Positions 18,145-26,596 of a stretch of 27,941 nucleotides of DNA are shown here, piece by piece (the stretch's first letter is position 1; every line of letters starts with the position of its first letter). Both the position numbers and the translations under genes were made by a program. The notes below the pieces were generated by a model that was not told the origin of the DNA, did no database searches, and saw nothing but the letters and a program-made list of their open reading frames with translations. The DNA comes from an uncultured Nitrospiraceae bacterium. Its GTDB lineage: Bacteria; Nitrospirota; Thermodesulfovibrionia; Thermodesulfovibrionales; Dissulfurispiraceae. The DNA is taken from assembly GCA_947085205.1 (NCBI GenBank), contig CAMTVO010000023.1, forward strand, positions 1 to 27,941, in the 5' to 3' direction.

Positions 18145-19128
18145 TTAATTCTTTACCTTTCTTATGACATTCTTAATTTTCGGCCATAACCATGCGACCT
18201 GCAACTTTAAGGCAATCAACTGGAAAAAAGACCGGGGGGCCTTGAGTAAAACAGGAATACGCCATTCCAATTCCTTAATAAACTTGTCGTATTCTTCTGG
18301 ATATTCAGGAGAAAGAGAGCCTACTTTTGCAGCAAATGCAAATTGAATAGCCTGGCAATAGCCCTTACTTTCATAAAGCTTAGGTAGATTTGATTGGTGT
18401 TTCATAACGAAAGTATGTTGGACCATTTTATCCATATTGAGCAAGGGAAAAGGTGTATATGAAATAGAAGTATAATCTTCGTCACAAGTAGCAAGCGGCT
18501 CAGAAACAATAGCGAGAAGCAAGTTCTGAGATGCTTCCAGAACTGAAAAGGCCAAGGAGATGTAATACCAGCCACTCCCTATGTTTTCGTCCAAGGTTCT
18601 CCATTGATAGTTATGAAATTTAATTTTGCGTATAACAAAGATGCTTAATTTAGTGTAGCGAAGTATATGTTCAATCGCTGAAACAGGGTCATTCACCAAC
18701 CAGACCGGCTCGGAATAGTTGAACTGCCTTACCTTGGAGTCAGGAGGCTGGATAAACGAAAACAGCAGCACATCTGGATCATGCATTTTGAGCGTGCTGA
18801 GAAGTTTCCCAATAGATCCCATCAGTGGCAAGTCATCATCAGCCATAAACCAAACATACCGTGTCTTGGCATGAGAATATAAAAATCGTAAATTGCCATC
18901 GAACCCAAGGTTCTCAGGCTGTCTATAATATTCTAAGCTGAAATTCGAATCTGTAAACTCGGAAACAATGGATGGAGTATCGTCAATGGAAGCGTTATCG
19001 CTAACCAGAACGTCAATTTGTTCCTGTAAACATGAAGTAACTATCTCGTCTTGAAGTGCTGCAAGCAGCCGTTTAAGTTTAGCCGCTCGATTGAACGTTG
19101 GAATTGCAATTGTTAATAATTTATCCAT
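18145..19128 (-). CDS. GT2 glycosyltransferase, abequosyltransferase RfbV/WbaV-like
   Basis: LLTIAIPTFNRA, SDNASIDDT, NLGFDGN, WFMADDD. Likely start MDKLL at 19128. Confidence 0.85.
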   Translation of the reverse strand: MDKLLTIAIPTFNRAAKLKRLLAALQDEIVTSCLQEQIDVLVSDNASIDDTPSIVSEFTDSNFSLEYYRQPENLGFDGNLRFLYSHAKTRYVWFMADDDLPLMGSIGKLLSTLKMHDPDVLLFSFIQPPDSKVRQFNYSEPVWLVNDPVSAIEHILRYTKLSIFVIRKIKFHNYQWRTLDENIGSGWYYISLAFSVLEASQNLLLAIVSEPLATCDEDYTSISYTPFPLLNMDKMVQHTFVMKHQSNLPKLYESKGYCQAIQFAFAAKVGSLSPEYPEEYDKFIKELEWRIPVLLKAPRSFFQLIALKLQVAWLWPKIKNVIRKVKN

Positions 19129-19185
19129 GTCATTCTCTTCCACTATAGGCATGTTACGATGCCCTTGTCTTTCCGAGTGCAAGAA

Positions 19186-20790
19186 CTAGCGCTTGAATCC
19201 GTGAAAGTAACCATAGATATTTTTGTATGTGCGCCAGATAAATGATGACGATTTAAGCATTATAAATAGGGTTGCGCGTATCTTATCAAGTTTTGTTTTA
19301 ATTTTATAAATCAAAAGTGCAACTTGGTCAAATTTTGAGTACAAGGCATACATTGCACTGACGACATAAAACCTTTTACGACAATTCCTACAGTACATAA
19401 CCCGCTTATAGAATAAACCTTTAATGGTAAAATTATTATACTGTATTATTTCCTCACAATGTGGACAGCGTACTACAATGCTGTCTGGATAAATTTTTAC
19501 CGGAGTAGCACAAACACTATATTTTAATTGATAAATATACATTAGATCTAATAACTTTGAGAAATCCCTTTTTGACATCTCCGTCATATTGAAAAAGTCA
19601 AATAGATGGTACTTAATAAAGTATAGTTTATCATTAATTATTTTTTTATTTATACAATATTGATATATTTCACTATTCGGACATGACATAAGGCTTACAA
19701 GTTGAATACCTGACTCTGGGTGCCCCTTCCAAAATTCCAAGGTCTCCATAGCAGTTTCCAAGGTTTCGGCCTTATCACCAAAAATAAAATTCCCCTGAAT
19801 TGATATTCCGCGATCTAAGGTTTTATGGATAGCGTTATGGATCTGTTCTGGTTTTATCGATTTTTTCATACTTTTTAAAACTTTTTTGCTATAACTTTCG
19901 AAACCATAGCTAACCAGAAAACATCCTGATGCCTTCATTGCATCAAGCATCTCAACATTTATATCACTAACCCGCATCTGGCAGCCCCATTTTACTTCCC
20001 AAGAAAGTGTCTCGGTAAATTCTTTGAAGCGTTTACTAAATTCATAGCACCTTTCTTCACTATATGAGAATAGTTCGTCATATATAGATACAATATTTAT
20101 CTTGTATTTTGGAATCCTTTCCTTCAGTTCATTCATAATTGAGTCAATAGACCTTTGTCTATATTTATTTCCTGCTGGATGAAAACAAAAAGTACAGAGG
20201 AAGGGACATGATCTCGATGCTACTAATGTATATTCTCTTGGGTAATCAAAGATATCATAATAATATTGATCTGTTGGTTTCATGGAATCAAGGTGTTTAC
20301 TATAATTGAAAGCATCGAAATCTGGCCAAGGAATAGAATCAAGATCTTCTATTTGATTTCTATTTTCCGTTATCTTGAGATCCCCTTTGTCAAAATAACA
20401 GATACCTCTAACGTTTGATAAATTCTCATTCTTTTCTATACATGATATTAACTCAATAATGGTTTCTTCCCCTTCCCCAATTATTGAATAATCCACATTC
20501 AATGCTTTACTCATTAATTCAGGCTCGGATGTAATAATTCCTCCACCCATAATTATTTTTGTGTTCGCCGAATGTGCAATATTTGAGATGTGCTTAAGTT
20601 TTATATATTCAGCAGATAACCCACCGGTTGCCACAAAATCGTATTTATTTCTTAGCTTTTCGACTAACGTGTCGTAGTTATTAAAAACAATTCCATCGAC
20701 TAAATGTCCCGCCTTTTTAAGCGAAGCTGTAATATAAGCAATACCAACAGGGTAAACAGTATCATTCGGCATTACAACTAATATTTTCAA
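19186..20790 (-). CDS. B12-binding-domain radical SAM protein with C-terminal CPHC..CRNC zinc-ribbon-like extension
   Basis: PVGIAYI, GGGIIT, GEGEET, ASRSCPFLCTFC, DELF, GFES. TTG start with GGAGG SD. Confidence 0.9.
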   Translation of the reverse strand: MKILVVMPNDTVYPVGIAYITASLKKAGHLVDGIVFNNYDTLVEKLRNKYDFVATGGLSAEYIKLKHISNIAHSANTKIIMGGGIITSEPELMSKALNVDYSIIGEGEETIIELISCIEKNENLSNVRGICYFDKGDLKITENRNQIEDLDSIPWPDFDAFNYSKHLDSMKPTDQYYYDIFDYPREYTLVASRSCPFLCTFCFHPAGNKYRQRSIDSIMNELKERIPKYKINIVSIYDELFSYSEERCYEFSKRFKEFTETLSWEVKWGCQMRVSDINVEMLDAMKASGCFLVSYGFESYSKKVLKSMKKSIKPEQIHNAIHKTLDRGISIQGNFIFGDKAETLETAMETLEFWKGHPESGIQLVSLMSCPNSEIYQYCINKKIINDKLYFIKYHLFDFFNMTEMSKRDFSKLLDLMYIYQLKYSVCATPVKIYPDSIVVRCPHCEEIIQYNNFTIKGLFYKRVMYCRNCRKRFYVVSAMYALYSKFDQVALLIYKIKTKLDKIRATLFIMLKSSSFIWRTYKNIYGYFHGFKR

Positions 20791-20829
20791 TTATTTCACC
20801 TCCAGCTAATAACTTTCGCTTTCGACATG

Positions 20830-22377
20830 TTACGTCCCACTATTTTTCCAGTTCAACTTACCCATGATATAAGAGCGGATCTGATCACGTTCTGCAGACA
20901 ATAACCCCACATTTGCTGTTCCTAAGGCCCAAATAAGGACAAAAATAGAACCCCAAAGGAGAAATAAGGGCCATGTCGCAAATGGCGGTTTTAGCAACAC
21001 CACAATCAGCACTAACAGCGGCAAGACACTTGACTTGAGGGCTGGAAGTATAGCATTGCGGCCTACCTCACGTACTGACAATCCTAATAATCGCCATACA
21101 CGATAACTTAAATAGACAAATGCAGGTATATCTACTATAGCATTGGCAATCATGACCCCCTGTAACCCGATTATTCGCCCCAGCCAAAATGCCATTATTA
21201 CCTTCACAATTCCCGAACAAAGAAAAATTGCGCTCATCACACGAATATCACCATATGCCAACAACACAATACCATTTAAGTGAATGATAACCTGAGTGAC
21301 AGCAAAGAGTGAAAGCGCTATCGTAAACATGTCACCTGCATACTGTGCCTGTCCCACCCATAATGTGATTGCGCATCGGTTGAAGCCAAGAATCCCGATA
21401 GCCAACGGTATAACCAGAAGCAAACTATAACGTAGCAAACGTAGATAGGCGTTGGTTAATTGAGAAGTAGCACGCCTGGCTTGGAGCTCATATAATGCCG
21501 GCGCTGAGTTATCGGTAAGTTTCCATATCAATTGATAGAATATTGTTCCCGGCATTTGGCTGGTATAGTAGATAGAAACTGCAGATGCACCAAATAAATA
21601 ACCGACAATAATGCTATCAGTATTTGCGCTGAGTCTGCTAGCCACAATAATAATCATAAACGTCAATCCAAATCCAAACATTTCCCGGAATAGGGTGCGG
21701 TCAGGTATTCCCCAACCGAATTGATCATCCGGGTAGCGATTGCGATACCATGCATATCCACCGATGTAAGTCGCAGCCTCAGCTATGATATTTGCCAACA
21801 TCAGCCCGATAAGACCCGCCCCCATCATTACCAGCCCCAGAGAGAGGAGCAATCGTAGCGCAGCACCCACCGCCACAATGATATTGACCGCCGCTAAATT
21901 CTGAGTTGCAGTAAGAGCATCGTTATATAGGGAAATTGGGGTACGTATAGCTGCCCATATTGCCAATAAACCGAGTGACCACTGGGCTTCTTTAGCAACA
22001 CTGTAGCTCATGGGCATAAAACTATTTACTTTCCAAGCTATGATCAGAATTAACCCGGTAAAAGTGAGATTACTGGCAAGGTAAAAAGTTCTACCTGTGA
22101 TAAAGATGGTTCGAAAGCGTTGCCCCTGATCATCTATGCCGATAGCCTGTGCCAGATAGCGCCCTATTGCAACACCAAACCCGAGGTCCGTAAGGGCTGC
22201 CCAACTGATTATTTGCATTAAAAAGGAATATCCCCCCAACACCTCCTGTCCTGCAACGCGTAAAACTATTGGCGCTAATAGGAATTGCAATGCCATTATG
22301 AAAGCATATTGGAGTAAACTTGTAATTGTACCGGCGATTGCACGGGAAGTGCGCGTTGAGATGTTTGAATTTTCCAA
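20830..22377 (-). CDS. wzx: Oligosaccharide flippase (Wzx, MOP/PST family)
   Basis: About 12-14 TM segments, DLGFGVAIGRY, TDSIIVGYLFGASAVSIY. Confidence 0.85.
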   Translation of the reverse strand: MENSNISTRTSRAIAGTITSLLQYAFIMALQFLLAPIVLRVAGQEVLGGYSFLMQIISWAALTDLGFGVAIGRYLAQAIGIDDQGQRFRTIFITGRTFYLASNLTFTGLILIIAWKVNSFMPMSYSVAKEAQWSLGLLAIWAAIRTPISLYNDALTATQNLAAVNIIVAVGAALRLLLSLGLVMMGAGLIGLMLANIIAEAATYIGGYAWYRNRYPDDQFGWGIPDRTLFREMFGFGLTFMIIIVASRLSANTDSIIVGYLFGASAVSIYYTSQMPGTIFYQLIWKLTDNSAPALYELQARRATSQLTNAYLRLLRYSLLLVIPLAIGILGFNRCAITLWVGQAQYAGDMFTIALSLFAVTQVIIHLNGIVLLAYGDIRVMSAIFLCSGIVKVIMAFWLGRIIGLQGVMIANAIVDIPAFVYLSYRVWRLLGLSVREVGRNAILPALKSSVLPLLVLIVVLLKPPFATWPLFLLWGSIFVLIWALGTANVGLLSAERDQIRSYIMGKLNWKNSGT

Positions 22378-22421
22378 AATTAAGGGATTACTTACCTGAC
22401 TGATTTTTGAAAATTGGGAAA

Positions 22422-23474
22422 CTATTTATGGTATTTCATCCATGACAGCGTGCGCTTAATGGCTTTGTCAATATCCGTATAAATATCTATGCCTAATTCT
22501 GATCGTCCACGATTGATATCGGGCACATAACGATCCGGCTTGGATTTTATATTTGGTTTTGATGAGATAGTCATTTCTACAGGAGCATCCAGAAAAGCAA
22601 TAAATTTATTGGCCAATTCCAATATTGAAATTGATTCATCTGAGCCCACATTATAAATTCTTCCAACAGGACTTTGAAGCAAGATTTTCCATAACATTGC
22701 CGTCAAATCTGCTGCATAGCAATATGATCGCACCGTCGTCCCATCACCCTGGATCGTTAAAGGACCTCCTTGCAGGCCATCGCGTATAAAATCTGTTACT
22801 GCAAATCCGGCATTCAGGTCTTGGTAAGGTCCAACGAAAGTAAAGGGGCGCGCTATATGGATAGGAAGACCATACCTTTGATGATATAGGGTACAAAGCA
22901 TTTCTGCATATCGTTTGGCTTCGCCATACGCCGACCGGATATTCGTAACATCCGGAGCGCCAAGATAATCTTCAGGAATTCTCTCCAAATCAGGCGGCTG
23001 CACTCCATATACTGCCCCGGAACTGACAAATAAAAAACCTTCAATATTTTTTTGTGTGGCCAGTTCTAATATGCGGCGCGTTCCCCTGACTATGGTTTCT
23101 GCCACACCAAGAGAATCATGAATTAAAGCTCTTGGTTCCCCTGGGGCCGCTGCGTGAATTATAAAGTTACACTCATCATCTGGATACTTAAAATCGACTA
23201 TATCTCCTGGCAACAAGACAATTTCTGAATTTGCTGCCAGATGGGGCGCCTTACGGGCAAATGCCTCAGGGTTGCGCGTTGGAACATAGACTTTACAAGG
23301 TTGATTGCAATTTTTATTTAACCAAGAGATTGTTTCCAAGAGCCACGTGCCGATGAAACCCGTTCCGCCCGTAATCAAAACTCGCTTGCCTTGTAAGCGG
23401 TTAAGATCGTTCCCGACTATCTTAAAGATAGATTCAATATCTTCCTGAACAATAGGATGAGTCAAATCGCTCAC
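22422..23474 (-). CDS. NAD-dependent epimerase/dehydratase/reductase (extended SDR)
   Basis: GGTGFIG, SSGAVYG, YGEAKR, RPFTFVGP, GDGTTVRSY. GTG 23474 overlaps the TGA of the rfbF remnant (GTGA). Confidence 0.9.
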   Translation of the reverse strand: MSDLTHPIVQEDIESIFKIVGNDLNRLQGKRVLITGGTGFIGTWLLETISWLNKNCNQPCKVYVPTRNPEAFARKAPHLAANSEIVLLPGDIVDFKYPDDECNFIIHAAAPGEPRALIHDSLGVAETIVRGTRRILELATQKNIEGFLFVSSGAVYGVQPPDLERIPEDYLGAPDVTNIRSAYGEAKRYAEMLCTLYHQRYGLPIHIARPFTFVGPYQDLNAGFAVTDFIRDGLQGGPLTIQGDGTTVRSYCYAADLTAMLWKILLQSPVGRIYNVGSDESISILELANKFIAFLDAPVEMTISSKPNIKSKPDRYVPDINRGRSELGIDIYTDIDKAIKRTLSWMKYHK

Positions 23475-23545
23475 CAAGCCTTACAGGGAACATTGCCCGC
23501 ATCCCACATCCGGCTCAGCGCGTCATACTTGCAGTATGTATCCAT
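23471..23545 (-). pseudogene. C-terminal remnant of a second, diverged rfbF
   Basis: MDTYCKYDALSRMWDAGNVPCKAW* aligns without gaps to MDTYREYEMLNQMWDAGNASWKVW* at the end of RfbF (25370-25444). Confidence 0.85.
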
Positions 23546-23588
23546 CAATAATTTTCGATCAAAAAGAGAGATCATATCGATACATCGG

Positions 23589-24512
23589 CTAGTTTTTTGT
23601 TAAAAGTGTCATTGCACGGGTTGCTATCGAAGAGGCATCTAAACCCAGTTTTTGTCTCAAGTCCTTTTGGCTCCCGATAAAGTTCATAAACTCAGGTAAA
23701 TAGATTCTTGCAAACTTGATGTTCAGTGCAGCTTCAGCGAGGATTTCTGCAATTGCACTTCCCAGACCACCAAATGCTGTGTGTTCTTCTACAACAAGAA
23801 CTGAACGGCAACCATCCAGGAATTGTAGAAATTTCTTGTAATCAATAGGTTTAACAAAGGGCATACTTAGAACTCGTGCCTCAATTCCTAATGACTTGAG
23901 CACTTCAGCCGCTTGTAATACCTCAGATACTAAAGAACCTGTAGAAACAAGAACGATTTCCCCACCGTTTTGGTTGAGACACACTGGCTCTCCAAGATGC
24001 AGCTCAGGGGGATTGGCATGGACTATCGGCTCGTTATTCTTGCCAAGTCTTATGTAAAAAGGGCCTGGCGTTGTGATTGCGAGTCGGGTGATCTGTGCCG
24101 CCTCTAACGCATCTGATGGCGCGGCAACTACCATACCAGGCAACGCTCGCATAATGGCAAGATCCTCCGTAGCATGGTGAGAAAAACCCGCTGTTCCGTA
24201 GCAGAGCCCTCCGCCTACTGCAACGATCTTAACGTTTGCTTTGTGGTAACAAACATCGTTTCGGACTTGTTCAAGGCACCGCATGGTAGGAAAGTTTGCA
24301 ATTGAGTAAGTAAATACGATTTTCCCTGAAAGAGATAAACCTGTGGCGACTCCTGTCATATTCTGCTCGGCCACACCTGTATTAACGAAGCGAGAGGGAA
24401 ATTCTTTTGCAAAAGGTTCTAATACAGAATAACCCAAGTCTCCAGTGAGGAGCCAAATTCGCTCATCTTGGCGCGCCATCTCAGTCAGTACGTTGCAGAA
24501 AGCATTTCTCAA
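23589..24512 (-). CDS. Transketolase-like protein, C-terminal (pyrimidine-binding + C) subunit
   Basis: TGDLG, NTGVAEQNM, EQVRND, SHHATED, YIRLGK, EEH..GGLGS. TTGA overlap with the N subunit. Confidence 0.92.
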   Translation of the reverse strand: MRNAFCNVLTEMARQDERIWLLTGDLGYSVLEPFAKEFPSRFVNTGVAEQNMTGVATGLSLSGKIVFTYSIANFPTMRCLEQVRNDVCYHKANVKIVAVGGGLCYGTAGFSHHATEDLAIMRALPGMVVAAPSDALEAAQITRLAITTPGPFYIRLGKNNEPIVHANPPELHLGEPVCLNQNGGEIVLVSTGSLVSEVLQAAEVLKSLGIEARVLSMPFVKPIDYKKFLQFLDGCRSVLVVEEHTAFGGLGSAIAEILAEAALNIKFARIYLPEFMNFIGSQKDLRQKLGLDASSIATRAMTLLTKN

Positions 24513-25348
24513 TGCTTCTCTCCCAGCTGTTTCAGTGCCTGCGATAGTTGTTCAGGATTTGGTGACTTGTAGTGCCACGCCAACTGGTCTTCCATGAAGC
24601 TAACACCCTTGCCCTTGATTGTATGTGCCAGTACAAGACTGGGATGGTCGGGCTCAAACGGCACCTGGTTCAACAGCGTCCATAAAGCCCGGTGATCGTG
24701 CCCATCAACCTCGCGCACAGCCCAGCGAAAAGCACGCCACTTCTCTGCGAATGGCTCCAGTTCCAGCACCTCATCAACCCGCCCAAACCCCTGCAATCTG
24801 TTTGCATCCACGATGGCAACAATATTGTCCAGCTTGTGGTGGGCGGCGAAAAGCGCGGCCTCCCAGTTGGAGCCTTCGTCGCACTCGCCATCACTCAGTA
24901 CAACAAATACACGGTGTGACTTTTTCTCTCTCTTGTCAGCCAACGCCATGCCGCAACATACTGGTAGCCCATGCCCTAACGATCCGGTTGATAATTCCAC
25001 GCCCGGAACATGATGGCTCACATGTCCCAGCAGTAGCGAACCGGCTTGACAAAACCGTTCCAACCAAGCCATCGGGAAAAAGCCGCGAAGAGCTAATGCA
25101 GCATAGAGACCAGCCGCCGCATGTCCCTTGCTGAGAATAAAACGGTCACGTTCAGTCCAGTCTGGTCGCTTTGGGTCAACACGCAATACGTCCATATATA
25201 GAACGGCCAGGATATCAGCCATTGATAAGGAACTGCCAATATGGGAACTATTCGATTGAGCTACCATCTTGATCGCATGGATACGGATCTTCCGGGCCAG
25301 ATCAATCGAATTATTTGGATATTCTATCTCACTTAATTGTGTCTTCAC
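24509..25348 (-). CDS. Transketolase-like protein, N-terminal ThDP-binding subunit
   Basis: SHIGSS, RDRFILSKGH, STGSLGHGL, SDGECDEG...N ThDP motif, VDGHD, TIKGKG, WHY. Confidence 0.93.
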   Translation of the reverse strand: MKTQLSEIEYPNNSIDLARKIRIHAIKMVAQSNSSHIGSSLSMADILAVLYMDVLRVDPKRPDWTERDRFILSKGHAAAGLYAALALRGFFPMAWLERFCQAGSLLLGHVSHHVPGVELSTGSLGHGLPVCCGMALADKREKKSHRVFVVLSDGECDEGSNWEAALFAAHHKLDNIVAIVDANRLQGFGRVDEVLELEPFAEKWRAFRWAVREVDGHDHRALWTLLNQVPFEPDHPSLVLAHTIKGKGVSFMEDQLAWHYKSPNPEQLSQALKQLGEKH

Positions 25349-25369
25349 TATTATTTCTTTTTGAAGTAT

Positions 25370-26155
25370 TTACCAAACTTTCCATGATGCATTCCCTGCA
25401 TCCCACATCTGATTCAGCATTTCGTACTCACGGTACGTATCCATACCGATCCAGAATCCCTCATGCCGAAAAGCCATCAGTTGCTTCTCAGCAGCCAGTT
25501 TTTCCATTGGCTCACGCTCCAAAATGCAATCCGGAGCCAGATAATCGAAAACGCGGCGGTTGAAGACCAGAAAGCCCCCGTTTATCCATTCCGTTTGCAC
25601 TTTCTCGCGGAACTGTTTTACCTGATTCTCTTCAGTCAATTCGAGAATTCCAAATCGCGATGGGGGGCGTGTTGCGGTGAGTGTTGCAAGTTTGCCATGC
25701 CCATGATGAAAGGCCACGAGATCATCGATGTTGATATTTGCCAAGCCGTCTCCGTAGGTCACCATGAACGTATCCGTATCAATAAATTTTTCAATGCGTT
25801 TAACCCGGCCGCCCGTCATCGTCTTCAACCCTGTATCCACAAGTGTTACATTAAAATCCTGCTCGGTATGGTTGCTCTGGTATGCCAGATTATTCCCTCT
25901 TCCTAAGTTGATGGTAAAATCATTACTCATCGCCTCATAGTTGAGGAAATAGTCTTTTATGACGCTCCCTTTATAGCCCAGACACAGAATAAAACGACGA
26001 AAACCGAAATGGGCATAGTGCTTCATGATGTGCCACAAGACCGGTTTGCCGCCGATCTCGACCATGGGTTTGGGTTTGTACTCCGTTTCTTCCCGCAAAC
26101 GGGTTCCCATGCCGCCACAGAGAATCACAACGGGGATGTTTTTATCATTCTCCAT
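25370..26155 (-). CDS. rfbF: Glucose-1-phosphate cytidylyltransferase
   Basis: LCGGMGTRLREETEYKPKPMVEIG, CLGYKG, DTG..TMTGGR, TYGDG, WINGGF, GFW..MDT. Confidence 0.95.
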   Translation of the reverse strand: MENDKNIPVVILCGGMGTRLREETEYKPKPMVEIGGKPVLWHIMKHYAHFGFRRFILCLGYKGSVIKDYFLNYEAMSNDFTINLGRGNNLAYQSNHTEQDFNVTLVDTGLKTMTGGRVKRIEKFIDTDTFMVTYGDGLANINIDDLVAFHHGHGKLATLTATRPPSRFGILELTEENQVKQFREKVQTEWINGGFLVFNRRVFDYLAPDCILEREPMEKLAAEKQLMAFRHEGFWIGMDTYREYEMLNQMWDAGNASWKVW

Positions 26156-26208
26156 TTTAAACTACTCCCTTATCTCAAATTCCATACCATCAATTGCAGC
26201 AAACATAG

Positions 26209-26243
26209 GGCGCAAAGCGCATGGCGCAGAGCGCACGGCGCTA
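26209..26243. repeat. Five tandem 7-bp repeats (RGCGCAN on +) downstream of the four-helix-bundle gene
   Basis: ggcgcaa-agcgcat-ggcgcag-agcgcac-ggcgcta. Confidence 0.9.
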
Positions 26244-26248
26244 TTCTT

Positions 26249-26596
26249 TCAGGGTCTTTTGAAAATTGGTGTTTTTTGGCACAGATGATCCAGCTTCTCA
26301 AGAAGTTTCTCAAGAGTCTCAGCACTGATGAAGTTACGGTTTTTCAAGATGATCAATATATTGGCATTTTCAAAGGTTGACCTTTTAGCGATGTTCAAAA
26401 ATTGGTAAAACTCCTTTTTCGAAGACGAGCCTGACCCCTCGGCAATATTGTTGGACATGGACATCCCAGCGCCACGCAATTGCTCTGCAAAACGATATAA
26501 CCGCCTCTCTTCAAGTTCATCGGCAATATCGAAAAGTTCATCGGCAATCTCTATTGCCATATGCCATATCTCTAAATCCTGAAACCTAAATTTCAT
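26249..26596 (-). CDS. Four-helix-bundle protein (TIGR02436 / 23S rRNA IVS-protein-like), probably frameshifted in its last ~10 codons
   Basis: [36 protein letters not shown] family motifs. A family-like tail TNFQKTLKE* lies in another frame, ending at 26241. Confidence 0.9.
   Translation of the reverse strand: MKFRFQDLEIWHMAIEIADELFDIADELEERRLYRFAEQLRGAGMSMSNNIAEGSGSSSKKEFYQFLNIAKRSTFENANILIILKNRNFISAETLEKLLEKLDHLCQKTPIFKRP

Noticed and set aside
26249..26596. Diversity-generating retroelement (Avd-like protein)
   Set aside because: No reverse transcriptase and no template/variable repeat pair with adenine-specific mismatches in the window. The rfbF duplicate differs at all base types.
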